Positions 39,718 to 48,614 of a DNA stretch of 64,000 nucleotides are shown here, piece by piece. This stretch comes from an uncultured Bacilli bacterium (lineage in GTDB: Bacteria; Bacillota_I; Bacilli_A; RF39; UBA660). The notes under the pieces are model-generated. The model had not been told where the DNA came from. It saw nothing but the letters and a program-made list of their open reading frames with translations, and ran no database searches. Made by a program: the position numbers and the translations under genes. The DNA is taken from contig CALVHY010000027.1 of assembly GCA_944329205.1 (NCBI GenBank), forward strand, positions 2,636-66,635, written 5' to 3'. Numbering within the stretch: position 1 is the first letter of the stretch; every line of letters begins with the position of its first letter.

Positions 39718-40806
39718 TTATAAAGTCTCGATTGTATCTTCTGCTTTATTATTTAAATGGAACAAATCTTCATCCAAAATAACTCCTTGAATAGCTAAAT
39801 AACTTCTTAAATATTTCGTCGGATTATTCAAAGTAAATTTCCCATCTAATGTTTTTTGATAAATGGTATTTACTTGAGGTTTATTATTTTCATCTACATA
39901 AAATTCACAAATCTCCATAATTTCTCTTTGAAAACGTCCTAATTTTTCACTCATATATCCTTTTACATAAATACCTATTTGCACATAACGATGAATAGTT
40001 GTAATAAACTGTTCGACATCAATATTAGATTCAATCAAACTATACATTCGCATCGGTATTAAAGCTGCCCTATCCGAGTGAATAGTTGATATAATATGAT
40101 GTCCTGAAGAAATAGAATTACGTACTGCCATAACGGCCTCAGCACTTCTAACCTCACTTAATAATATCCAAATAGGATTTTGTCTCATACAAGTAACCAA
40201 AACTTCTGAATAAGAAGCAATGTTATTTGTTTTCATTGCTACAATATCCCGATGGGGAAAAATTCTATCTAAGTGTAACTCTAACGTATCTTCAATCGTA
40301 ATAATTTTTTCATTTTCTTTAGTTGCACTAGCTAAATACTTAACGAGCTCAGTTTTACCAGAACCAGTTTCTCCACTAACAATAATATTAGCATGTCCCT
40401 GAACGCAATTTAAGAGAAAATCGAGTAAATCCGCACTGACATATTCTTCTTTAATTAACTTATCACGATTAAGTCGAATCTTCGCTGGCGTTTTTCTAAT
40501 AACTAAAGCAATTCCATTTGTCGCAATTGAATCATGAATAAAATTAAGCCGTAACTCTGTTGATTCGGCATCTAAAAAAGGATGTGCCATATTGAATGTT
40601 TTTCCCATGACATTAGAACACTGAAAAGCTAATTTTTCGACTAAAGCATTATTTATTTCTGGCCTTTCAACCCGATAAACACCTTTAGATAAACTCTTTA
40701 ACCAAAGCTGCCCCCCATTAGTATATGATATATCCGTAATATCATCTATATCAATAAATTCTCTTAAAGGTCCAAAGTCAATTTGCGAAAATATAGCATC
40801 ATTCAT
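39718..40806 (-). CDS. secretion-system ATPase of the CpaF/TadA/VirB11 family
   Basis: Walker A GETGSGKT, Asp box IITIEDTLEL, Walker B IWILLSEVR, His box GHHIISTIHS. 362 aa. Confidence 0.8.
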   Translation of the reverse strand: MNDAIFSQIDFGPLREFIDIDDITDISYTNGGQLWLKSLSKGVYRVERPEINNALVEKLAFQCSNVMGKTFNMAHPFLDAESTELRLNFIHDSIATNGIALVIRKTPAKIRLNRDKLIKEEYVSADLLDFLLNCVQGHANIIVSGETGSGKTELVKYLASATKENEKIITIEDTLELHLDRIFPHRDIVAMKTNNIASYSEVLVTCMRQNPIWILLSEVRSAEAVMAVRNSISSGHHIISTIHSDRAALIPMRMYSLIESNIDVEQFITTIHRYVQIGIYVKGYMSEKLGRFQREIMEICEFYVDENNKPQVNTIYQKTLDGKFTLNNPTKYLRSYLAIQGVILDEDLFHLNNKAEDTIETL

Positions 40807-40844
40807 ATAAGCACCTCCTTTTCTATTCTTATTCTTTAATTATT

Positions 40845-41660
40845 TCATTCCGTAGTTGTTGTTGTACTAACTGTACTATCAGGGATCTGTTGCGCGTAGT
40901 ATTCAATTTCGTTTCGCAAGTATTCACTTGAAACTGAAGTTTCTCCAGGGTTATTCGTATAACTTGCATTTCTCGGTACTGGTATTAATTCAAGGCCACT
41001 AATATATGTTGCCACACTAAGTAATTGGAATAAATTATCTGGTACCGCAAATAATAATTCCGCTGGCGTAGCTGCTTCACTTGTTAAAAACACACTATTA
41101 CCTTGACTATCGCGAACATCAAGTATTTCGATACTTTCAATTAATTTTCCAAATATAATACTATTACTCCGACTATTCATCTTAACATATAAATCAATAT
41201 AATCTCCTGGATACATTGAATTACCATAAGTCGTATGAATATTTACGGACATTGAAAACGCAGTATAACCATCCGGCATATTTTCCAGTGGATTATTTGG
41301 TGCCGAACTACAAGAAACGACTTGTTCTGAATAGAAAAATGCCCCTTCTGGTACACTAGTACCATAAGTTACACATTTCGGATCAGACGTATTGATTAAA
41401 TCACTTTGATTAACAATCAAATTAGCTCGAGATGAAACAAAACTTCTCAACACCTCGGTTTGATCAATTGCCTCTTGGGTAATTTCTGAAGTTGCCGTAA
41501 TCGTTTGTCTTGCATAAGGAATGGATACGGTATCAATTGCTTGATCAACCCGATAATTATACCCAACATACAAAACAACAACCCCTAATAACACACCAAG
41601 TATAGTAACAGTATTCTTATTTGATAAGAATCTTTTAATCGTTGTTACAATATTTCCCAT
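40845..41660 (-). CDS. membrane-anchored protein, possibly CpaB/RcpC-like (SAF-domain)
   Basis: N-terminal TM (VTILGVLLGVVVLYVGY), then a beta-rich domain beginning VSIPYARQTITATSEITQEAIDQTEV, reminiscent of CpaB SAF domains. Immediately upstream of the ATPase. Weak call. Confidence 0.3.
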   Translation of the reverse strand: MGNIVTTIKRFLSNKNTVTILGVLLGVVVLYVGYNYRVDQAIDTVSIPYARQTITATSEITQEAIDQTEVLRSFVSSRANLIVNQSDLINTSDPKCVTYGTSVPEGAFFYSEQVVSCSSAPNNPLENMPDGYTAFSMSVNIHTTYGNSMYPGDYIDLYVKMNSRSNSIIFGKLIESIEILDVRDSQGNSVFLTSEAATPAELLFAVPDNLFQLLSVATYISGLELIPVPRNASYTNNPGETSVSSEYLRNEIEYYAQQIPDSTVSTTTTTE

Positions 41661-41674
41661 TTTATCCTACCTTT

Positions 41675-42481
41675 CTAAACGGCGCTCCAAAAACTAGCAC
41701 CGGTGCTAGAAGCACTTCTTATTCTATTATAACAAGCATTATCTTGATAATGCCACCACTCTGAAGCTAAATCAGTTAAGCCTGCATCATTCATCATATA
41801 ATTACTAAGCTTTTGCGCTCCTTCACTATTAAGCATTCCTGTTGAATAATTACTCGCCGTCTTACTAACTGCCGGACTATAATACTTAATCGCTTCGGTA
41901 CTTAACTCATGCATTGCTGATGGCATGCTATACTCACTACCAGTATTATCGCCATCACCAGCAGTGATATTATTATCTTCACCGGTATTATCACCATCAC
42001 CAGCAGTAGTATTATTATCTTCACCAGTACCAGTATTTCCATCATTATCTTCACCGGCACCATTATTACTATCACCAACTTCATCTGCAAAGATTTGAAT
42101 AATCGCATCTATTCTTGTAATCGTATCATAATCTCCCGCTGATATAAAGTTTGTGCCACTATTTGATCTAACCTCAACACTTACTTTTGGTGGAGCTTCA
42201 TATATATCATAGAAATTAACTTCATAAGTATCTGTTGTTCCCATTACTTCGGCTGTCATTCTAATGAAAACTTCCATAAATTTTTCTTTATTCATTTTTA
42301 TTTCGTTGTAATCTCGATAATAAGCATAATCTACCGCTTCTAACATTGATGCTTCCACAATTTCTCTTATCGCATAATTATCCTGGGTAGTGTTAGTTGT
42401 AATGCCTTGCACTGAGATCATCAAACCTATTATCGCAACACCCATTACAACTAACCAATAACCCCAATATGAACTTTGCAT
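41675..42481 (-). CDS. N-terminally anchored protein with acidic Gly/Asp/Asn tandem repeats (TadE/pseudopilin-like?)
   Basis: N-terminal hydrophobic segment (YWLVVMGVAIIGLMISV). Central repeats GEDNNTTAGDGDNTGEDNNITAGDGDNTG encoded by about 45-nt tandem DNA repeats (about 41940-42075). Confidence 0.3.
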   Translation of the reverse strand: MQSSYWGYWLVVMGVAIIGLMISVQGITTNTTQDNYAIREIVEASMLEAVDYAYYRDYNEIKMNKEKFMEVFIRMTAEVMGTTDTYEVNFYDIYEAPPKVSVEVRSNSGTNFISAGDYDTITRIDAIIQIFADEVGDSNNGAGEDNDGNTGTGEDNNTTAGDGDNTGEDNNITAGDGDNTGSEYSMPSAMHELSTEAIKYYSPAVSKTASNYSTGMLNSEGAQKLSNYMMNDAGLTDLASEWWHYQDNACYNRIRSASSTGASFWSAV

Positions 42482-42500
42482 AATTAATTACTCCCCTTTC

Positions 42501-45500
42501 CTACTTCCATGAAGGACCTATCATATTTTGTTCAGAAATACCACTAGTCCATAATTCGAAGTATTCGGTATTATTATTACTTTCGGTCCGGTAATTACGA
42601 TTCATAATTAAACTACGATTATTAACAATTTCCGAATTATTTATAAATACTTGATTATTATAAGTAATTGTTCCATCAATTAAATCACTAATAAAGTTAC
42701 TGTAACAAGCTATTTCATCATAATCCCCGATCGTATAACAAGAAAGTGTTGCATTTGAATATCCGCCGCGATTATTTTTTTCCGCCTCATCATTATACTC
42801 TCTTATAGCTCTTGCGGTACTTGGTGTAATCGTAACACTTAAAATTGGATCTTCGGCATAAATACTATCACCAGCATTTTGAATTTGTTCAATAGTTGTC
42901 TGAGCCTTAGCATTTACATCTCGATTCCAGTTATATGATTTTGTACCATTAGGGAACAAGTTAGTAAGGGAAACAACTCTTTCAATCAACGATGAGCCAG
43001 CCTGATTATCATAAATACAACCTGCACCAATACAATCTGCTACACAATCAGATCCATCACAATCATAATTACAATTTGGCCCCACACAATTAGCCGTACA
43101 ATCATCACCATTACAACTATCCCAATCACACACGATTGTATAATTCTCTTCTATACCCATATTAACTAAATACGCACACATATACTGAACGGTACCATTT
43201 TCATCTACAAATTCGGCATAGTCTTCCTCATTAATAACCGCCGTATCGCCACCAATTAATCGACCTAAACTACCATTTCGATCATAATATTCCCCAAGAT
43301 TCGTAATATTTACTGTATATTCATAAATACCTCTTCTTGTACTCAAACTAACTGGCAATTTATTTTCCAAAGCCGTTGCATTTTCGTTATTTTCCCCTTC
43401 ATCACGATCAACTATTTCACCACTTGGATAAACATTATAAAACAATGTCGATGGCACATAATTAACATTAATCGTTGAAGTTACTTTTTTATATGAAGCA
43501 TTTGATATTTCTTCTCGTTTAAATGAACAACCACTCTCATCACAATAAACATAATCTATTAAAGCTGTACTTTCATCAGTTGAACCACTACAACTATCAT
43601 AACCATTATTTATTGTTCCGTAAGTATAATTTCCATTAGCCAGTGATCCATTACAATACCACTCGGTTGTATTATCACTCGTAATGGTATCATCCATTTC
43701 CCCATGATTATTATAATGATCCGCCAAATAATCCTCGGCATAATCATAATAAATAGTTGGATCATAGTTAATATCCGTTGTCCAATTAGAACATCCATTA
43801 TAATCACTAATTATTTGATTGTAATTATCTATCGCCGTTTGTAAAGCACTTCTTGCCGTACTTAAATCTCCGCCATAGCGATTATTATAATCTTGAGTAT
43901 AAGATACACTACTACATGAACCACTATAACCAGAACAATTACAACTGCTACATGAGCCACTACCAAACGATAAAGTTTCATTATGCGTGGAGGCAACTCC
44001 ACTATAACTATAAGTTACATAACTAAATGTTTTTTGCGCTGTACTCCATGAACAACTTCTTCTTCCACTTGAACGGCATACTCTAGTACAACTACTACCA
44101 CTACTAGTAGCATTATTATTCTCATCATCTTCTGTACAAATTTCCTCTGAATAACAACCTGTACTATATGAACATGATCTTGAACTTACGTTGGTAAAAC
44201 TTGCACTATCTAGCGCCCTTAATCTTGCATAAGTATTATAAGCATCAACTAAAGCTCTTTGTGCTTGTTCAATATCAGCTTCATATAATTCCCGATCAAT
44301 CGTATTTGTATAACATGTCTTTGTCCCACTAACCGCTGCACTAAACGTAAAGTATCTACCGGCATTAACAAGTTTAGCTGTTGGCATGTTCATAATATAA
44401 TCTTCTTTACAAGATACTACACAATATTTATTTTTCTGTAGAGTATAAGAATTTTCCTCATCATCACTTACTCCGGCAGCATTTTCATATCCTGTCGTTG
44501 CATCCCTATAACCATCAATTTGATTTACAAAGCAAATTTTTGCTTCCTCAGGACCAGTTATTGATACTGGATGGTTATCAACTGTTGAAATAATCAAATT
44601 ATTTTCCGCATCACAACACTCAAATGCCGTTACGGAAGTTGTACAACCAACACTACAATTTTCATAATAAGCTTGGCATGCCTCATCATCACCTAAAACA
44701 TTACATTCAATTTCTAATTCGGCACACTCACCGCAATTAGCATCCAATAACTCTTGACAAGCATCCCCTTCTAAATTGCCCGTTTCTTCAGCTTCAATCG
44801 TACAAGCTTCAATCAAATCATCACAATCACATACATCAATTAAACTAACCGAACCTGTTAATTCGCCCGTTACGTCTTGACTAACCGCCTCTGATACTTC
44901 ATCAACACTTAAAAACCGTTGATATTGTGTTCCCCAAGCATCAGCATATATATTATCCCAAACAATACCTACATAATTGCTGTATTTACCATTCGCTGAA
45001 GTATCACTATAAGTATAACTCATCGTATAAGACATTGGTTGTTGCCCACAATTAAGCTTATTATAAGTGTTTTGATATCCAGCGTTTACATTTTCATATC
45101 CTGTAAATTCTATTACAATTTCCACGGTTATCTCATCTGGAATACTATCTAAAACTCTTAAAATATTATCCCCATAATTAAAATCATAAGCATCTGTATA
45201 AGATATACCATTAACGGTAATTTCCACAATTCTTGGCTGTTCATTTACACCTAAAACATCCAAACTTTGATCATATGTAAGATCATTTATAACAAAAGAA
45301 GCATTTCCATCGTTTGTAAAATTACGTAAAGTCAAAGTTCTTTTTATTTGTAAATTTACACTATCACCAATTGCTGTTGACTCATTATTAATTGCAACTT
45401 GTTCCGTTAAAACATTATCATCAATACTAGCTCCCCCATCATTATCCATATACTCTGCCGCATCTGCTAAAGCTTGTGCATATAGTTGTTTAGCTTTATT

Positions 45501-46238
45501 AAGTATTGCTTCTGCTCGCTCATCATTTGTATTTGTAGAACTATACCAAACTGGTTGGAATGAATACAATGAATAATCTTCTAAAACTGATAAATCCAAA
45601 GTATATTGACTTAAAGCATCATAACTAGCTCTAATTCCTGAATCACCTGTAATCCAATTATAAGCTTGACCAAAATAAGTTTCATATAGTAAAGACCAAC
45701 CGTTTTTATCATAACCCCAAGTTGCTACAATTGATCTAACTGCAATACTTGTTGCTAAATAATCATCAGACGTATGATCATTTCTCTCACCGTTAACTAA
45801 TGCACTTAAAATAGCCATATCAAAAGCCTTAACGCCTGGTTCTGGATCGCTTAGTAAAAATCTTTTGGCAAATACTGTATCAAATCCTCCTGTAGCATCG
45901 GAATCTAAACAATACATCGCAAGACCATAACGATCGTAATGAGAATAAAGAGATGCATAGCTTGTCCAAGAATAATTATTGCCGTCATTTACATCTCCAC
46001 TTCCTGAATATTGTCTAATTAATAAATTATAATTAGAAAGATTAGAACGACTAAATCCCTTTGAAACAGTTGTACTTACCCCTGCCACATAATTATGTAA
46101 CTCTGCATTACCTGTCGCTGTTATCGTCCCATAAGTAGCACCATATCTTGTCTCGGCTGCTTCAACTTTTAAACTAAAACCTAAAGTGATAACTAAAGCA
46201 ATGATAATATAACTGACTTTTTTTAACATATTTTTCAT
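42501..46238 (-). CDS. giant secreted Cys-rich protein (1245 aa), candidate adhesin/tip protein
   Basis: Cleavable signal peptide (IIIALVITLGFSLKVEA). Three dense Cys clusters (about residues 470-550, 690-790, 1050-1100). YCLD motif near residue 110. No C-terminal anchor. Confidence 0.6.
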   Translation of the reverse strand: MKNMLKKVSYIIIALVITLGFSLKVEAAETRYGATYGTITATGNAELHNYVAGVSTTVSKGFSRSNLSNYNLLIRQYSGSGDVNDGNNYSWTSYASLYSHYDRYGLAMYCLDSDATGGFDTVFAKRFLLSDPEPGVKAFDMAILSALVNGERNDHTSDDYLATSIAVRSIVATWGYDKNGWSLLYETYFGQAYNWITGDSGIRASYDALSQYTLDLSVLEDYSLYSFQPVWYSSTNTNDERAEAILNKAKQLYAQALADAAEYMDNDGGASIDDNVLTEQVAINNESTAIGDSVNLQIKRTLTLRNFTNDGNASFVINDLTYDQSLDVLGVNEQPRIVEITVNGISYTDAYDFNYGDNILRVLDSIPDEITVEIVIEFTGYENVNAGYQNTYNKLNCGQQPMSYTMSYTYSDTSANGKYSNYVGIVWDNIYADAWGTQYQRFLSVDEVSEAVSQDVTGELTGSVSLIDVCDCDDLIEACTIEAEETGNLEGDACQELLDANCGECAELEIECNVLGDDEACQAYYENCSVGCTTSVTAFECCDAENNLIISTVDNHPVSITGPEEAKICFVNQIDGYRDATTGYENAAGVSDDEENSYTLQKNKYCVVSCKEDYIMNMPTAKLVNAGRYFTFSAAVSGTKTCYTNTIDRELYEADIEQAQRALVDAYNTYARLRALDSASFTNVSSRSCSYSTGCYSEEICTEDDENNNATSSGSSCTRVCRSSGRRSCSWSTAQKTFSYVTYSYSGVASTHNETLSFGSGSCSSCNCSGYSGSCSSVSYTQDYNNRYGGDLSTARSALQTAIDNYNQIISDYNGCSNWTTDINYDPTIYYDYAEDYLADHYNNHGEMDDTITSDNTTEWYCNGSLANGNYTYGTINNGYDSCSGSTDESTALIDYVYCDESGCSFKREEISNASYKKVTSTINVNYVPSTLFYNVYPSGEIVDRDEGENNENATALENKLPVSLSTRRGIYEYTVNITNLGEYYDRNGSLGRLIGGDTAVINEEDYAEFVDENGTVQYMCAYLVNMGIEENYTIVCDWDSCNGDDCTANCVGPNCNYDCDGSDCVADCIGAGCIYDNQAGSSLIERVVSLTNLFPNGTKSYNWNRDVNAKAQTTIEQIQNAGDSIYAEDPILSVTITPSTARAIREYNDEAEKNNRGGYSNATLSCYTIGDYDEIACYSNFISDLIDGTITYNNQVFINNSEIVNNRSLIMNRNYRTESNNNTEYFELWTSGISEQNMIGPSWK

Positions 46239-46993
46239 TCTACCTTACTCCTTCGCTTTCTTATTATCACATAAACAGTCAATCCCCCAATTACGACAAT
46301 TGCTACACCTACACCTATAACTATTGCTAGATTATCTTGAATAAAATCAAAGAAGCCTTCTTCTTCCGAATCTATTGGTTCTTCCACTTCTTCGCCACTA
46401 TCATCAATTTGACCTGCATTATATCGCTCGATCAATTCGACAAACCTACCGAAATCAACACTTGGCACTGATAAAAAAGTATTACATAAATAAAAGTCTT
46501 CATTACCATCACATAATCTATATTGGCTATATTCATTATACATTGGTGTTGTCAAATATAGTGTATACAATTCGGTATTAGCACAATTAGTATTACTAGA
46601 ACTATAAACGGTAATAGTAAAATTAGTAATCGCCAAAATATTAGTCCAATCCAAACTAATCGTTCCATTATCACTATCCTGGTAAGTATAAGTTTGAACT
46701 TGATCATCAACATCATTTTCTACTGTAATGTATAAATCTTCTGTTAAATTACTAATATAAATACGAAAGAAACTATAATATGCCACATACTCCTCTAACT
46801 CCTCTTCCGTTAAGCCATCGGGAGCTGAATACTCACCTTCCAGCTCTTCCCTCATCACTTCATAGCTCGCTCTAACATTAGCTGCCAAACTATTAAGGGT
46901 ATTTGTTTCGCTTGCATCACATACTGCATAAACTACATTACTGTTTACCAAAAAAAGTAACAGGGCCAAAATTAACGCATTAATTTTTTTCAT
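46235..46993 (-). CDS. secreted protein with C-terminal TM anchor and basic tail
   Basis: Start placed at MKKINALILALLLFLVNSNVVYA (signal peptide). C-terminus LAIVIGVGVAIVVIGGLTVYVII-RKRRSKVE. ATGA overlap with the giant protein gene. Confidence 0.5.
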   Translation of the reverse strand: MKKINALILALLLFLVNSNVVYAVCDASETNTLNSLAANVRASYEVMREELEGEYSAPDGLTEEELEEYVAYYSFFRIYISNLTEDLYITVENDVDDQVQTYTYQDSDNGTISLDWTNILAITNFTITVYSSSNTNCANTELYTLYLTTPMYNEYSQYRLCDGNEDFYLCNTFLSVPSVDFGRFVELIERYNAGQIDDSGEEVEEPIDSEEEGFFDFIQDNLAIVIGVGVAIVVIGGLTVYVIIRKRRSKVE

Positions 46994-47018
46994 AGTATAC
47001 ACCAACCTCATATTCAAA

Positions 47019-47047
47019 ATTATAACATGTAACTTCCTTTTTTTCAA
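47019..47047 (-). promoter_or_regulatory. sigma-A consensus promoter TTGAAA-17-TATAAT driving the 47-37.5 kb operon
   Basis: Minus strand TTGAAA (47047-47042), 17-nt spacer, TATAAT (47024-47019). About 25-nt leader with GAGGTTGGTG RBS before ATG 46993. Confidence 0.55.
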
Positions 47048-47081
47048 CATAAATAAAAGAAAAAAGAAGCCAAAAAGCCCC

Positions 47082-48563
47082 TTAAATAATTGCCATTAAA
47101 ATGAATATAATTAACAAGCAAATAAACATTCCTAGTAAGAATCGCCATATATATTTTAGCCACTCACCATATTTAATTTTTAACAAAACAAGACCAATTC
47201 CTAAAATCATACTAGTTGGAATAAAGAATTGTACAAATCCATATAAAGATGTAAACATTACATAAACAGGATTGATATAATCAACATATTCTACAGGTAA
47301 ATAAGCTCCCATTACCCATCCAGTAAAACCTAAATCGGTATGGAAAATATTTAAAATTAAACTCGATAAAGTCATCGTTGCTATATTAAAAGTATCGGTT
47401 AAAGTAAGGATTCTATTTACAATTGTTGCAACATATGTTGATTGGTAAACAACAATCATAAGTAAATAAGCTCCAGCAATACAAGCGATCGGTAAAATCA
47501 TTTTTTTAATTCCACTTATTATACTTTCAAACAAATCTTTTAACTTAAAGCGATAACATAATGCTAAAATACCAATGAATATTACTAATACAGCCGTAAT
47601 AGTTACATTATCCCACGATCCAAAAGCTTTCATGCCTGATCCAAGTAGATCTTGGAAAACATAAAAATCATTAGTTGTATCGCTAGCTTCTATTTTAATA
47701 TCTTCTGTTAAAAACTCATGGAAATCATTAAAAGTATTAACTCCAAAATTTCCATCCCAATCCATAAAACCTAAAATACTTATTGCTAAAATCAAAATGC
47801 CAATTATGATTATAGGAATCATACTTTTCGTTTTCTTAACATTATCTTCACTAACTGTTACCGCAAACAAATCAACACTAGGCGCTTTTTCATCAACCTT
47901 ATTCATGTGAGTAATTGTAAAAAAGTTAAAAAGGATTAGACCAATAACAAGTATTCCCGCTCTAACTAAAAGTGCTGGTGCATTAAAAGGAAATTCCAAA
48001 GTATATCCCAAATAATAATTAAACCAATATAAGCCATCCGTTCCATAAGTAGCTCCCATAATACCTACCAACATTGATCCAAATGTTGTTGCTAAAATTG
48101 TCATTTTATCTAATTTCATTCGATTTAATATCGAAATAATAAATGGAATAAAAATTAAAACAACAAACGTTTGTGTAAGTAAGCTCGTTAAAGCCGCAAT
48201 AACAACTGAAAAGGCGACAACTGCGATCTTCTTATGCTTAATCTTCCCCGCAATTCCTGATACAATCCTTTCATATCCCTGGGTTCTACTTAATAAGCCG
48301 TATAAAGCCCCGATTGCTAATAACAAAATAATTTTGTCAACCCCAAAAGAAACTGCATAATAAATATTATAAGCAATATCATAAATTCCTAATCTTGCCA
48401 TTCCTGTTTGGGTATAACCACTAGAACCATAGCCACCCGCTGGAATAATCCAAGTAAGAATAAAGGCAATTATAATAAATATTAAGGCCCCTTTTAAAAG
48501 ACTATAATGCTTTTCTTTTTTCTCCATAAATTCCCTCCTAACATTGATTATAATACAAATCAT
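47082..48563 (-). CDS. YfcC/DcuC-like polytopic membrane transporter
   Basis: 493 aa, 10+ TM. Resembles the YfcC family often annotated as C4-dicarboxylate anaerobic carrier-like. Confidence 0.5.
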   Translation of the reverse strand: MICIIINVRREFMEKKEKHYSLLKGALIFIIIAFILTWIIPAGGYGSSGYTQTGMARLGIYDIAYNIYYAVSFGVDKIILLLAIGALYGLLSRTQGYERIVSGIAGKIKHKKIAVVAFSVVIAALTSLLTQTFVVLIFIPFIISILNRMKLDKMTILATTFGSMLVGIMGATYGTDGLYWFNYYLGYTLEFPFNAPALLVRAGILVIGLILFNFFTITHMNKVDEKAPSVDLFAVTVSEDNVKKTKSMIPIIIIGILILAISILGFMDWDGNFGVNTFNDFHEFLTEDIKIEASDTTNDFYVFQDLLGSGMKAFGSWDNVTITAVLVIFIGILALCYRFKLKDLFESIISGIKKMILPIACIAGAYLLMIVVYQSTYVATIVNRILTLTDTFNIATMTLSSLILNIFHTDLGFTGWVMGAYLPVEYVDYINPVYVMFTSLYGFVQFFIPTSMILGIGLVLLKIKYGEWLKYIWRFLLGMFICLLIIFILMAII

Positions 48564-48614
48564 TTCAAAAAAAAAGTCAAACTTGCGACTTTTTTATGAA
48601 ATTTTAGTGAAAAG

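Noticed and set aside
37525-40806. ComG competence pseudopilus (ComGA/GB/GC) interpretation of the ATPase-membrane-pilin trio
   Set aside because: There are two separate single-domain roughly 280-aa membrane proteins rather than one two-domain ComGB. The small protein lacks the class III signal peptide. No ComGD-G minor pilins follow.
42501-46238. Calling the giant protein a definite thioester (TED) adhesin
   Set aside because: Only a YCLD-like Cys motif is visible. I cannot find the partner Gln motif (Q-x3-W), so this is kept as a speculative note only.
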